Positions 38,401 to 52,321 of a stretch of DNA of 64,000 nt are shown piece after piece. The DNA is from Octopus sinensis. Taxonomy: Eukaryota. A program made the translations under genes and the position numbers. The DNA lies in the NCBI RefSeq assembly GCF_006345805.1, contig NC_043008.1:36270001-36334000 (forward strand). The letters run 5' to 3'. The notes under the pieces are model-generated. The model ran no database searches and was not told the origin of the DNA. It saw nothing but the letters and a program-made list of their open reading frames with translations. How positions within the stretch are numbered: position 1 is the first letter of the stretch; every line of letters starts with the position of its first letter.

Positions 38401-39011
38401 GTTTCGGTGGTGGTGGGCGTTAGTCGACTGCACCAATTCCAGTACTCAATAAGTGCTTTAATTTACAGGCTCCGTAAAAGGTAAAAGGCAAAGTTGATCT
38501 GGGTAGGATTTGCACTCAGAACATGTAAAGAGTTAGAAGAAATGCCTGTAAGAATTTTATGCCAACGCACTAATAAGGTAAGAAATGGGATCAAAATTGG
38601 AGAAAGAAAGAAATAATAATGTTTCAAATTTTGGCACAAGGCCAGAATTTTAAGGGAAAGTCGATACCATCAAGTGGTACTTTCTTTTATCGACCCCGTA
38701 AAAATGAAAATCAAGGTTAAGTTTTGGCGGAATTTGAACTCAGAATGTAAAGAGTCGAAGGAAATAACACTAGGTGTTTTGTCCGATGCGCTAACAGTTC
38801 TGCCAGCTAACCGCCCTTTCTATGATGATGATTTCAAATTTTGCCACAAGGGCAGCAATATTGGGTGAGGAGATGAGTCGATTATATTGACCTCAGCATT
38901 CAACCGGTACTTAATTTATCAACCCCGAAAGGAAGAAAGGTAAAGTTGACCTCGGCGGAATTTGAACTCAGAAATAATAATAATAATGATAATGATGATG
39001 ATGATGATGAT

Positions 39012-40420
39012 TACTGATATTAGAATGGAATTTGGACTCATGAAGTGCGGAATAGTCTATCTAAAAAGGAGCAAGGTACAGTCCATAGCAGGGATAGAAT
39101 TACCGAACAGAAACCTGGTTAAGGAAATTAAAACGGAAGGATACAAATACCTTGGTGTACTTGAGTTCAACGAGATAATGGAAAAGGAAATGAAAGACCA
39201 ACAGAGGATGGAGTATTTCCAAAGACTGAGGTTTGTGCTGCGCTTAAAATTGGATGGAATAAAATCCAAGTAGTTAATAAGTGGGCGATAGCATCACTTC
39301 GGGATTTATAAAATGGCAAAAGAGAGAAGTGAAATAAATGGATGCCAAGACCAGAAGAACATTGACATTACACGGAGCCTTCCACCCTAAGAGTGACACC
39401 GATAGGCTGTACTTGTCCAGAAGAAAGGGTGGGAGAGGTTTAATCAGTTACTAGGATTGTATCAAAGCAGAGGAAACAGCTTAGGGTGGTATATAAAAAA
39501 TGCCGTGGAGCCACTGATGAAACACATGAAGAAGGCCGGCGTCATCAACATTGAAAATTGTATAACTAAAGAAAAATTTAAACAAGAAATGAATAAAAAA
39601 AGAGAAAAAGCATTGGTCAGTTTTCAAGAGGTGTGAACGCCAAGACAGATACAGACGACCGGTGGCTATGGATGCGGAGGAGTGACGTGAATATAGAGAC
39701 AGAAGCACTGCTATGCGCAGTTCAGGAACAAGCGTTAGGGACCAACTATATGAAGTGCAGAATAAACAACAAATGCAGAATGTTTGGTGAAAGGTGCGAA
39801 ACGGTTTGACACATCGTTAGCGAATGCCCGAAATTGGCACAACGGGAATACAAAAGACACCATAACAATGGGGCAAGAATGATCCATTAGAGACTCTGTG
39901 CAAACCACGGCCTACAAAGAGCAAAGACGTGGTATGAGAAAATTCCAGATGGAGTCATCGAAAAGGAGAATTGCAAAATCCTGTGGTATGGAGTCACCGA
40001 AAATGAGAATTGCAAAATCCGGTGGACATAGTTGTGGTGAATAAAAAGAAAGAACATGTATGATAATCGACATAGCATGCTTCGGTGACAACAGGATCAA
40101 TGTGAACGAAGAAAAAATAAACAGCTACAACGATTTGAAGTGGGAAATACGAAGTTTTGTGGTCAATGAGGAGAGTAGACGGGATACCAATAGTAATTGG
40201 TGCACTTGGGATTATAAGCACTCAACTACCAACATGGCTGAAAAAGATCAGTGCAAGTGGGAAGGTAGAACACCTACAAAAATCAGCATTGCTCGGAAGT
40301 GCAAGAATTCTTCACAGGGTTCTTGAACCATGACTAGTAAACAAGCGTCACCTTAGTCTGCTGGCTGTGGACAGCTGACACTTTCCATTTTACCCAGCAA
40401 AATAAGCTGTAAGGTTTCAT
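39012..40420 (+). mobile_element. 5'-truncated R4/Dong-like (RLE-type) non-LTR retrotransposon
   Basis: RT C-terminal GMEFGL.KC / YKYLG-type motifs, HPKSDTDRLY...GGRGL, a degraded zinc knuckle (HIVSECPKL) and PDIVV...IIDIAC RLE endonuclease; flanked by (AAT/GAT)n on both sides. Confidence 0.85.
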
Positions 40421-40435
40421 ATAATAATAATAATA

Positions 40436-40488
<53 letters not shown>

Positions 40489-40501
40489 AATAATAATAAT
40501 G

Positions 40502-40553
<52 letters not shown>
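40421..40553. repeat. (AAT)n(GAT)n(AAT)n microsatellite
   Basis: Directly visible. Confidence 0.95.
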
Positions 40554-40555
<2 letters not shown>

Positions 40556-41599
40556 GCCCTGATGCAGTACCAGGCACTGGCTCTCATGGCTTTTGATCTT
40601 AACCGATTGGAAGTGCTATCATATACATTGTTTTGTCTTGGTATAAAAGATGGGCTACAGCAAATATTCTGCTCGATATCACAGATTTGGCTGACGATAT
40701 GTGCATCTCTGATCACGAGCAACATTAGTGGGGGAGCATCATAGCCATGTGTTGAGGAATTCTTTGGAGCTTGGATAATTCACCTTTGGAAATATGGGTG
40801 TTTCGTTCAGCATCCTAAAACAACCCTTATTCAGGGACCTTTTGAGTGGGATGGGCGACTGAAGAAAATTCTAACTGGGCCTTACTTGCAAGATCATGCA
40901 CTGTTTATCTTGATATGAGGTCACCACGTCGCGCACATATGATTGTGATGCATGTGCCTGGTGTACCCATATCAGACGGGTCGTCATGATGGGTATACTG
41001 GGCTTCGTATATTTTATCCCGTGTCACTTTGATGTCATGCACTACTCTCTCACTCAACAACAACAACAACAACAAATAAGTCTTTCGGTTTTAATAATTT
41101 TTATATAGTAATAAACAGGAAAAAATGTACGATATAAGAAAAACAGTAACTATTTATTTTTGTCCGTTCAACTCTTTTTATTGAGAATATTTGGATATTG
41201 AAGAAAGTAAGGTAAAAAAAAGGGAAAAAATATAAATGAAAACATTTAAACAAATATATTCAACTCAACTTTTACGAAAGCTAGATTTGCAAAATTAAAA
41301 AAATAAAAATCACATGATCATTGGTTATTTCCATTGTATCACGTATATATGAATGGATCGTTATCAATTTGAAAGTAATCCAGATGGTTATATAAATCAG
41401 AATATATTCAAATGATGGTCGCTCTCGTCGATTTCGACGTATGAACGCTTGAAGGAGATGATCTGAAGATAAAGAAAATAAAGAAAAAAGAAAAAACGAG
41501 AATAATTTTTCAAATATTAATAATAATAATTATCGTTTCTACTGAAGGCCCAAAGCCTGAAATTTGCGGGGAGGGGACTAATCAATTGCCTTTTGTTCA

Positions 41600-42110
41600 T
41601 CTGCCGTGTCACCATTAGTTTTATTGTCTTCTTTTAGGTCATCTATATGTCTCTCATCAAGTAAACTACCACTACTTCTTTCCTGCGCCATGAGATTACT
41701 CTTATTAGTAAGAACTGTATTTTCATTGTTATCTCTGCTGCTATTTTCCATGACCCCTCTTTTGATAGCATCGAGCTATACTTCTGTGAACCAAGAATTT
41801 TTCCTTATTGCTCTAGCTGGATCACATAGTCTCTGTTCCATGAGTTGAAACAATCCCTTTTCTCTCCAATGATCATACATACGTTGTCGGTAACTCCTAA
41901 TATGAGCACCATTTTCATCTACCGGGCTGCTCAGGTAGTAATACTCCATGACCACAGCATTAATTTGCTTGCTCCATCTACACCATGTGTGGTGGTCCCT
42001 TTCTGGATATCGACAGGCTGGAGCTGGACCAGAATCTCTGAGCCTGCCGAGTACAACACTGACACCATCATTGGCTTCAGTTTCATTACCACCGTTAATC
42101 ACAATATTTT
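41600..42110 (-). mobile_element. R4/Dong-like ORF N-terminal fragment
   Basis: Encodes WSKQINAVVMEYYYLS...YRQRMYDHW...EQRLCDPARAIRKNSWFTE, typical of the N-terminus of this RLE LINE group. Confidence 0.65.
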
Positions 42111-44394
42111 GTTTTTTTATTGTCACTCATATGAGATAGCGATTATCAAGTTGCCCAATTACCAGTGTTTTTATTGTGACACCATCACTAGATGTATCAT
42201 TAATCAGCCTATGAGGAAGCGGAGGCTCTACCCATTTCCTTTCATTATTATTATCATCATCACTGATATCACTGATATTATTGTTTTTATGTGTAGTAGC
42301 AGCAGTGGTTGCAGCAACAGCAACAGTAGCAGGGGTGGGGGTTGTGGTAAGGGTGGTAGTTGAGCCTCAGATTCCTGTGATATAATAGTAGTAGTTGTAG
42401 TATTATTGTATTGTTAGTAGTATTTAGTATTAGCAGTTGCAGCATATTATTATTATTTTTATCATTATCACCATCATCACCACTACCATTGTTGGAGGAA
42501 ATAGTTGGGTAGCAGTTTGGTGAGCAGATCATATTCTATAGGTCTATAAATAGATTCGGCAGATGGTGGGGAGGTCAACCATAGAGACAACAGAATCTTC
42601 GCACCCCTAGGGTCAGCAGAAGTCAAACGTGTTTACTATTACCAGTGGCCACTGACCACTGAGAGCGCTGCCTTGAAAAGAAGCAATTCAACCTGTTCTA
42701 TTTGTAATTATTGGTAGAAAAACAATAATAATAATATATATATATATATATATACATGCACACATGCACACGCACATCCCCCCACACATATATACACACA
42801 CATGTATACTGATATTCACGTAGTTGAACTTTTGAATTTCTGAATTCAATTGTGTTGTTGCAATAAAATGTGTGTTTACGTATTTGGGTACTATGTTAAA
42901 GTTTTAAAGTTCTCTTGAGATGTTCGTTTGTCTGTCCAGTTGGAGAATACAGTAGGACTTTTGCAATGAAAAGAATGTTTACATTTTCAAATACTCAAGG
43001 AGAGTCAAAAAGAAAAGAAAACAAGTTGTAAACACCCTCTTTACTCCAAGAACACTACAGTTTTCTCTGTTCGGACAGACAAAAGATCATCTCCAGTAAA
43101 TTTTTAAAACTACAATTTTCTGTGAAAAATTTTTACCTTCCTTTTCTTTCCGTTCCTTTTCCCCTGAATATTCGAAAATGTAAACATCCTTTTTATTTAA
43201 AAATTAAAAAAAACGCAGTTTTCTGTGGACATACCAACGAACACCTCAAAAAATTTAGAAACTTTAATATCTTCAATTTTGTGTGAACACTTTGTCTTCC
43301 CTTCTTCCCTGATTAACAGAATATGTAAACATGTCTTTTATTGTAACAACACAATTAAATGCACGATATAAAATTAAGGAAGTAAGCACCTGCTAAAATA
43401 TACACTCTGCATAATTACAAAAACTATATAACCACAGCAAAACTTTTAAAAAGATAAGACAAATTCCAAAAGAAAAAGAAAAAGAAATTCAGAAATTCAA
43501 AATTCCAACAAAGTGAATATCTTTTCCTCCTACAATTCCAAAAAAACTGGAATATCTACGATTTCCTGTGTATATTTTAAATTTCCCTCAAAATAAAATA
43601 AGTTAGGAAACTTACACACCTACAGATTTCGAACACACAAACAACCAGCTTAAAAAACAACAATAAAAAACACCTTAATATCTACAACTACTGTGGGAAA
43701 ACGTATCCTTTCCTTTCTCCCTGTGTATTCGAAAATGTAAACATCCTCCTCCTTTTTATTCGAAGAACGCTACCATTTCTCTCAATGCGGTCATGCAAAA
43801 GACCGTATTTAGTAAATAGTTATTATTATTATATTATTATTATTATTATTATTATTATTCCGCCGAGGTCGACTTTGCCTTTCATATTTTCGGGGTCGAT
43901 AAATTAAATACCAGTTGAATACCAGGGTCGATATAATCGACTAGTTCCTTCCCCTAATTTCAGGCCTTGTGCCTATAATAGAAAGGATTATTATTACGTC
44001 TCTATCATCATCTCCGCCATCTTTTTTCTTAACCGTTGTATGCTATGCATATATACCTTCGTTTTCATTGTATACCATGTATATCATTTCATTATTTGTA
44101 AACCCCAACACTTTATGTCTGTATTTGTATTGTTACCCTCATCTTCGCCCTTGTAGCAAATAAATGAAATCATTATTATTGTTGTTGTTCGTACATCGAC
44201 GCTAAGTTACGGGGACGTAAAATCACCAGCATCGGTTGTCAAGCGATGTTGGAGGGACAAATCCACTTACAAGGCTTTGGTCGGCACGAAGCTATAATAG
44301 AAGACACTTGTCCATGGTGCCACGCAGTGGAACTGAACCCGGAACCATGTGGTTCGTAAGCAAGCTACTTACCACACAACCACTCCTACACAGA

Positions 44395-44785
44395 GAGAAA
44401 TTAAGGTAAATATGCCGGATATAGTTGTCAGAGATCAGCAAGGAAACAAAATACTTTCTGATCGATGTATCAATACCAATAGATGACAAAGGCGGCGAGC
44501 TGGCAGAATCGTTAGCGAGCCGAGTGAAACGCTTAGCGGAATTTCGTCTGCCGTTACGTTCTGAGTTCAAATTCCGCCGAGGTCCACTTTGCCTTTCATC
44601 CTTTCGGGGTCGATAAATTAAGTACCAGTTATGCACTGGGGTCGATGTAATCGACTTAATCCCTTTGTCTGTCCTTGTTTGTCTCCTCTATGTTTAGCCC
44701 CTTGTGGGCAATAAAGAAATAAGAAATAAGATGACAATGTTTCTCTAAAAGAATCGGAGAACTTTCAAAATACAAAGATCTGAAA
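44395..44785 (+). mobile_element. RLE endonuclease fragment of a Dong-like LINE, split by a SINE B
   Basis: Encodes PDIVVRD...YFLIDVSIPID before the SINE and DNVSLKE..SKYKDLKIE after it. Confidence 0.7.
44490..44728 (+). mobile_element. SINE family B, full length with TSD
   Basis: 9-bp TSD agatgacaa at 44481-44489 and 44729-44737. Confidence 0.9.
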
Positions 44786-45191
44786 ATAGAGTGAAACAGA
44801 ACACCACAACAAACCACAGCACATACCCAAGGCACACAAAGCTGCGCTCGGTAGTGCAGTGAAAGCACGTAATAAAAATAAGACTTCTGAACAATAATAA
44901 TAATGGACTTTCCGGTCGAAGACGACGTATGACCGTTCAGGTTTTGCTGAACGACTTAAACAAATGACCTGATTTGTTTATAACGATCAAATGCTCGTGC
45001 CGCACATTAGCTCACTCTTTCCATCAAATCGACGTTGTCTGAAAAGGCGCACTGTGTACTACACGTCAGGTGTCGATGGGATCGAAGTGTTTTGCTCAAG
45101 AATACAACGCATCACCCGATCTAGGAACTGAAAACACGATCGCTATATCGTGAGTGCAACACCCTAACAACACGGCCATGCGCCCTCACAT

Positions 45192-45432
45192 ACTCTTTTA
45201 CTCTTTTACTTGTTTCTGTCATTTGACTGCGGCCATGCTGGAGCACCGCCTTTAGTCGAGCAAAAATCGACCCCGGGACTTATTCTTTGTAAGACCAGTA
45301 CTTATTCTATCGGTCTCTTTTGCCGAACCGCTAAGTTACGGCGACGTGAACACACCACCATCGTTTGTCAAGCGATGTTGGGGGACAAAGACACACAAAC
45401 ATATACACACACATACATACATACACACACAT

Positions 45433-45491
<59 letters not shown>

Positions 45492-45700
45492 CATACATAC
45501 ATACATACATACATACATACATACATACATACATACATACGACGGGCCTCTTTCAGTTTCCATCTACCAAATCCATTCACAAGGCTTTAGTCGGCCCGAG
45601 GCTATAGTAGAAGACACTTGCCCCAGGTGCCACGCAGTGGGAATGAACTCGGAACCGTGTGGTTGGTAAGCAAGCTACTTAACACACGGCTACTCCTGTG
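45192..45700 (-). mobile_element. SINE family A with expanded internal microsatellite
   Basis: Both conserved halves are present, separated by about 150 bp of (CA)/(TA)/(CATA)n. Confidence 0.85.
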
Positions 45701-45740
45701 CCACATAATAAAAATAATGTTAATAATAATAATAATAATA

Positions 45741-45773
<33 letters not shown>

Positions 45774-46379
45774 TGTTCCTAATAAAGGTGCAAGACCAGA
45801 GGTTTAGGGTAATGGACAATAAGAGAAGAGCATTGTCGCTGTGAATTATCTTTCCTCCCACCCACCCCCACCCCACCCGCCTTTTTGTTTACTTTTTTAC
45901 TTTTCATTTTTTTCGTTTTTCTCTTTCTTCCCCTTTTTCTCTATCACATGACTTTGTAAATGAAAACTCTGGTGTGTTTATTTTAATGGCCTACCAATGT
46001 GTTTCGCTGAACAAGGTGTCAGGAAGATACTGTATGGGTCTTACGTTCCCATATGCAGCCCAAAGCTTTTTCCGATCTGCGACTCGGTGGCTTGCTCCCT
46101 ACCTGGCGTGACTTCATTCCAATTGTACAGTATGTTACCGTACAACGTCACGCGTTTTCCAGCACGTCAGGTGAAGATGTAAGGCTGATTCTATGACCCC
46201 TTTTTGTTATTGTTTTTTTAACATTTGTTTGGCCTCTCTTAATTCGCTTTCACTTATTTGTATTTCCTTGCATTTTCGGTTGCAATCGCGAAGGAAGCAG
46301 GTGATTCGGGGAGATCATTCTGTGTTGTATTGGGAAGGTTCACACAGAGGCCTCCATTTATTTTGTTGCTGCAGCTATT

Positions 46380-46390
46380 GTTGTTATTGA

Positions 46391-46433
<43 letters not shown>

Positions 46434-46960
46434 ACTGCTGCTGCTGTTGTTATTGTTGTTGTTGTTAAGCAACAAGACGGGTGAGGGTGATTTCACTGCG
46501 TCCGTTCTGTGGGTTGGGAGACGTCTGGCAGGTCGGGAGCGGAAGTCCACTTTTTCCAGATCCGAAGGACAAGGAGAGGGTCACTGGCCAGAGCGTCTGG
46601 GGTGGGGTTGGCATTTGCGGCGGGCGATGGACCCGTGGACAGTCGTAGATGACATGCTCCGCCGTCTCCTCTCCCACTCCGCACTTTCAGCAGGTTCTGT
46701 CTATGGCTCGGTCGATCTTGTACAGCCAGTGCTTGAGGTCCGGGTGATGACCACTTCTAAGTATGCTGCCTGGTTAGAGACGAATCGGCGGTTCTGCTCA
46801 CTTTATCTCCATGGTCACCGTAGATCCTCTTGGCTCTTTCGTGTTGGAAGGGAGGTGGTTTAAGTGCCCGGTGGATCGCTGCTTTCGCTGCGTCGTAGTG
46901 GTTGTGGGCTGTTGACGGGTCTCCTTCCGTGCCGGCTTTTGCCTTCTCGTCTGCCAACGA
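46380..46960 (-). mobile_element. I-clade/Ingi-like LINE 3' end (RNase H tail plus zinc knuckle)
   Basis: Encodes LADEKAKAG (RNase H C-terminal motif) and RSGHH...C*KCGVGEETAEHVIYDCP (CCHC knuckle), followed by an (AAC)n tail. Confidence 0.65.
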
Positions 46961-47880
46961 CCAATGCTGCTGTTGTTTTTGCTGGTATTGTTGCTTTTTA
47001 TTGTCATTGTTTTTTTTTATTCTTGCGATGGTGAAGATGACGTTGAAAGCAACGAAAACTACTTTCATACTTTTTACGTGCTTGATGGTGTTACTATTGT
47101 TGATGTTACTGTTGCTGCTGCTGTCACTGACTTTTGCCAAGTGGTTGTTCTTTTTAGCGGACGAACAATCTTTGTCCGCCATCTTATTTTTTTCAGCAAA
47201 AGCTGAGGAGTGTATTAGGCTAAACAAACCCCAAATTCATCCCCTAGAGGCTACAAGTGGAGAAAAACTAATCAGTTCTCTAAGGTCCTGGTTAGTTTAT
47301 CTATATAGTGATAACAAAAGTACAACGTATAACAATTTGTAACAATATAAATAACAACAAACTTACGGAGCGATGTGCAACACGCGTCGATGTACGAACA
47401 ACAACAATAATAGAATAAGTACTAGGCTTACAAAGAATAAGTCCTGGGGTCGATTTGCTCGACTAAAGGTGGTGCTCCAGCATAGCCACAGTCAAATGAC
47501 AGAAACAAGTAAAAGAGTAAAGTGTAAAAGTGTATCCCAGAGTATTATTGCTTTCTTACTTTCTGTGCCTATACCATCTTTTTCTGTTGTTATTCCATAG
47601 TGTTGACATAGCTTCCATTGTATATAGGTCCCAACTCTGTTGTGCCCGTGAATATATTTCTTCTTAGTCAAGACTGGGCAGCCAGAGACAATATGATTTA
47701 TTCTTTTTTCTCCATCACCACATATTCTGCAGTTTTCATTTTGGTGAGTTCTGGTGGGAAGGCTTTGATCTTGTGCTGCAATTAAAACCGTTCAGTCTCT
47801 GCTTTGAGTCATGAGCTTGGGATTTTGCTTTGTCTATGTCTTTTCTGTTCTATATTAAAGAGATGAAGAATTATGTACAT

Positions 47881-48068
47881 TATTTACATTATTTACATTT
47901 GACGGATATTTGTCCTCATCTTGTTTGTTGTTAACACAACGTTTCGGCCGATATACCCTCCAGCCTTCATCAGGTGTCTTGAAGTCTGGAGAGTATATCA
48001 GTCGAAACGTTGAGTTAACAACAATGAAGATGAGGACAAATATCTGTCAAATATAAATAATGTAAATA
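47881..48068. repeat. 188-bp fold-back element (Penelope-like) inserted in the LINE
   Basis: Left arm 47881-about 47966 is the reverse complement of the right arm about 47982-48068, with scattered mismatches; it carries a hammerhead motif. Confidence 0.8.
47933..47978 (-). ncRNA. Ultra-minimal type I hammerhead motif
   Basis: Reads GACAC-CUGAUGA-A-GGCUGG(agggtata)UCGGCC-GAAA-CG-U-U-GUGUU; stem III is reduced to the palindrome ACGU. Confidence 0.6.
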
Positions 48069-49599
48069 TTTCTTTTCTATTTAACTTAACCCAATATTTA
48101 CCACGAATGGGCTTTTCTTGCTGTTCCAGTTTTAGTTTGGATTTCAGTTGTTTTACAGCTTTTGTTGTTTTTTTTTCCTTCATAGTTGTTAGGTACTATG
48201 ACTTATTTTTTGTATTTGTCAGCTTCCTTAAAGACTGAAAACAGTGTTTTGCTTCGTTCGTTGTTTTGTGGCTATTTGTATTAGTTTTCCTTGCTTCAGA
48301 AGTAGGTATTTCTGTAGTCCTATGGCGGTTATTTTGCAATAGTTTTCTAGCTATATAAGGCCTCTACCACCTTCCATACGTTGATAATATAGCCTTTCTA
48401 TGTTAGATTTTGGGTGGTGCATCCTAAATCCTGTCATTATTTTTCTTGTTTTCTTGTCTGTTTTGGTTAGCTCAGTTAGTGTCTAGTTAAGGATATTGTA
48501 CTGTAACTTATAAATGAGACGGCTAGAGTGTTGATACTTATCTTGTTTTTCGCATTGAGCTCTGTTTTTAGTATTAATCTAACTCGTCTATAGTATTCCT
48601 TTTTTATCTTCTCTTTCATTTGTGTGTGTTGTATCGTATCTAGTTTATTGATTCCTAAGTATTTGTATGCTTGGCTTTGGTCTACTTCTCTTATTTCGTT
48701 TGCTTTATCTAGTGTGATGTTGCAACTCTTAACTAGTTTTCCTCTTTTCAATGTTGCTTTGGCACATTTTTCTAAGCCACATTTCAAGTTTATCTCTTTG
48801 GTAAATCCATGTACTGTCTGTAATAATGCTTCCAGCTGTTTATCATTTGTAGCGTACTGTTTTAGATCATCCATATACAAGAGATGGATGATTGTTTTGC
48901 CGTAACAATTGTACCCACATCTAATTCTGTTTAGTATGTTAGATAACGGTGTGAGTACTTAGCAGAAAAGGAATGGAGAGAGCGTTCTCCTTGCAAAATT
49001 CTTCTTCTAATGGGTTTGGTTTTTATGAGTCCCTCTTTTGTCTGGAGCTGTAGCACTGTCTGCCATTTATTCATGGAATGTTTTATACATTTTATGATTA
49101 TTAGTTCTATCTTGTTCATCACTAGTGTTTCTAGGATCTATGTGTGAGGAATACTATCAAAAACCTTTCGGTAATCGATCCAGGCCATACTTATACCCTT
49201 CTTCTTTCTGTGGTTGTCTTAAGTTATGGCGATATTGATCAGTAGCTGATCTTTACAGCCGTATGAGCCCTTGCAGCATCCCTTCTGCTCTTCCGGAAAC
49301 AGGTTGTTCTCTTCCAGAAGTTTACCTATTCTCTGCGATATTATTGCAGTAAAGGTTTTGTAAATTGTAGGGTGACAAGTTATCGGCCTGTAGTTTTGTG
49401 GGTTTGCCGTTTCAATGGATTTGGGAATTAGGACAGTTTTCCCTTCCGTGAGCCGTTTAGGCATTGTCTCTAGCTCTGCTAGAATTTCATTAAATTTCTC
49501 AGCCAGCTTTTTATTAAGTACCCATGAAACACTGGAGTTGAAGTAATAGACTTGCTCCTCCCCCAAAATGGCTGCCTTTGAGGCAAAATTTTGAAACCA

Positions 49600-49642
<43 letters not shown>

Positions 49643-49938
49643 CATTATTATTATTATTATTATTATTATCACCATTATGATTATTCGAAAGAGAATATCA
49701 TCACCGAAACTATAAATAAACGTATAAGTATTGTTGCAGCGCTTTTTTCCTCCATATTATTTTACGACAAGCATTGTTAATTCTCCGATGTAAAAAAAAA
49801 AAAAACCCTACTCCTTAAGCTAAAACACTGCAAGTATATACCATCACTTACTGCCAACAATAATACAAGTTACTTCAATAACACTCCATGAATTTATCAA
49901 GAATAATTTACATCACATGGCGTACATGCATACTTACA

Positions 49939-50019
49939 TACATACATACATACATACACGAACACACACACACACCACACACACAAACACACACACACAC
50001 ACACATACACACACGCACG

Positions 50020-50076
<57 letters not shown>

Positions 50077-50165
50077 ACACACACACATACACACACGCAC
50101 GCACACACACACACACACACAAACACACACAAACACACAAACACTTACATATATATATATATATA
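49939..50165. repeat. (CATA)n(CA)n(TA)n microsatellite
   Basis: Directly visible; similar arrays at 51063-51720 (including a 40-bp unit x4 at 51551-51710) and 59265-59580. Confidence 0.95.
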
Positions 50166-50528
50166 ATAGATATATAGATGTAAGTATGCATTTTTGTCGA
50201 TGACAATATTACAAACTGGTTGAGTAACCCTGTTTTACAGAGACAGCCATATACAGGATCTGCTCTTAGACACTTCACTTCGTGCTGTTTCTATAATATT
50301 TTTTCTAATATTCATAATAAACTTTGAGTATGTATATCCCTTCGCTCTCTCTCCATTTTCCCTCTCCTTCTCTCTGTTTTCTTGTCTCTCTCTTGCTCTC
50401 TCCTCTCACCCTCTTACTCTCGCTCAAACACCCACATGCTGTATTTGTTAACGTACATGCATATAAAAATATGAGTACAACTATTTAATATATGTATAAT
50501 ATGCTTCACAGTAGAATAGATCTATAAC

Positions 50529-50563
<35 letters not shown>

Positions 50564-51071
50564 GCGTGTGTGTGTGTATTCATACATGTCTATGTACTTA
50601 AACATATATACATGTGTTGAAAAATGCATACATTAGTGTGCATATATGCATTGGTTGCATATTTATGCATGTATAGGTATATAAGTGTATATATGTATAT
50701 AAGTGTATATATGTATATGAGTGTATATATGTATATAAGTGTATATATGTATTCGCTTGAATAATTACAAAACATAATTGTTTTCACAGCAAACGCTTAA
50801 CCATAAGTAATTTTAAAAAGTAGTGTTTATTTGCCTTTATTGTAGTAGGAAAAATACTTTAATTTTTCCAAACGAATTATTATTCGATGGAGGAGTAAAA
50901 ATATAAGATTTTAGGAGATGAAAATATTTCTACGTAACATACGTTTCTGAAAATCAACACAAAAATTAAAACGCCAAATCAATGTAACGTTAAATTGTAC
51001 ATTAAATTCCGGTTTTAGCTTTAATAATTTTGTTCTTATATTTGAATTTGTTCTTGAGCTGGAAACACACA

Positions 51072-51108
<37 letters not shown>

Positions 51109-51188
51109 CACACACATGCGCACACGCACACACACACACACATGCACACACGCACACACACACACACGCACACACACACACACACGCG

Positions 51189-51220
<32 letters not shown>

Positions 51221-51274
51221 ACACACACACACACACAGACACACACAAACAAACACACACACACAGACACATAC

Positions 51275-51307
<33 letters not shown>

Positions 51308-52321
51308 CACACACATAGACACACATGCGCACGCACACATACACACACATACACACATGCGTGTATGTATGTGTGTATGTCCGTGCATGTGCGTGTGAGT
51401 GTGTTTGTGTAGGTGTACGTGTTTGTGTGGATGTGTGCGTGTGTATTAAAAGTTATGTGCATGTATGTACACACACACACACACACGTATGTATATGTAT
51501 GTATATACAAATGTACATGCATACATGCTTGCTTATATATATATGCTTATGTTTATGTATATATACGTGTGTGTGTGTTTGTGTGTGTATGTTTATGTAT
51601 ATATACGTGTGTGTGTGTTTGTGTGTGTATGTTTATGTATATATACGTGTGTGTGTGTTTGTGTGTGTATGTTTATGTATATATACGTGTGTGTGTGTGT
51701 GTTTGTGTGTGTGTGTAAACACCACAAAATACCGAAAATCTTCCAGAAACAAAACAAATTGTAAACTTAATAATAGGTGAGAATTAATAATCCCTTTCGC
51801 TGTTATAATAACCATGGTGATAAAGATGGTGAATTGTTAGTCAGAACATCGAACAGAAAACTTTGCTGCATTTGTTCCAGAATTCGTTCCTCGCTTATAG
51901 TTCAAATCCCGTCGAGGCCAAGTTTGCATATCTTTGCTTCTCTCTTTATCAGTTTTTTTCTCTTGCTGAATTGGCTTCGTAAAATTTACTTCGTCGCCCT
52001 ATAAATTTCTTCACTATCTCTTTGTGAACTCGAAATAAAAATTTTCTGATGATAATCAGGAGCTCCAGTGCGACACACACTCCTTCTCATGATATTCGAA
52101 TCATTAGACAAATCTTACGACCAATAACGTGAAAAGAAGGCATGGCCAGCGTGTGCACTCGTTCAGTTCCTTGGATTTCCTTGTTCTGTTTAATTGGGAA
52201 TTTTCTAGATCAGGGAATCGCTCTAGCTTGTATAACATTGAACATTCACATCAAAGCACCCTCTATTCTTCCGGCACGTACAGTTGCTGTTTTTGTCTCA
52301 GTGAGAACTTGTATATATTCA

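Larger units (their letters stand above)
47521..49545 (-). mobile_element. R4/Dong-like LINE reverse transcriptase fragment (decayed)
   Basis: Encodes NYRPITC..TIYK, EEQKGC, YMDDLK, GLEKC and YKYLG RT motifs, with a zinc-knuckle remnant near 47640-47720. Confidence 0.88.

Noticed and set aside
46258-46863. 201-aa plus-strand ORF with poly-Leu
   Set aside because: Antisense of a LINE 3' end plus its (AAC)n tail.
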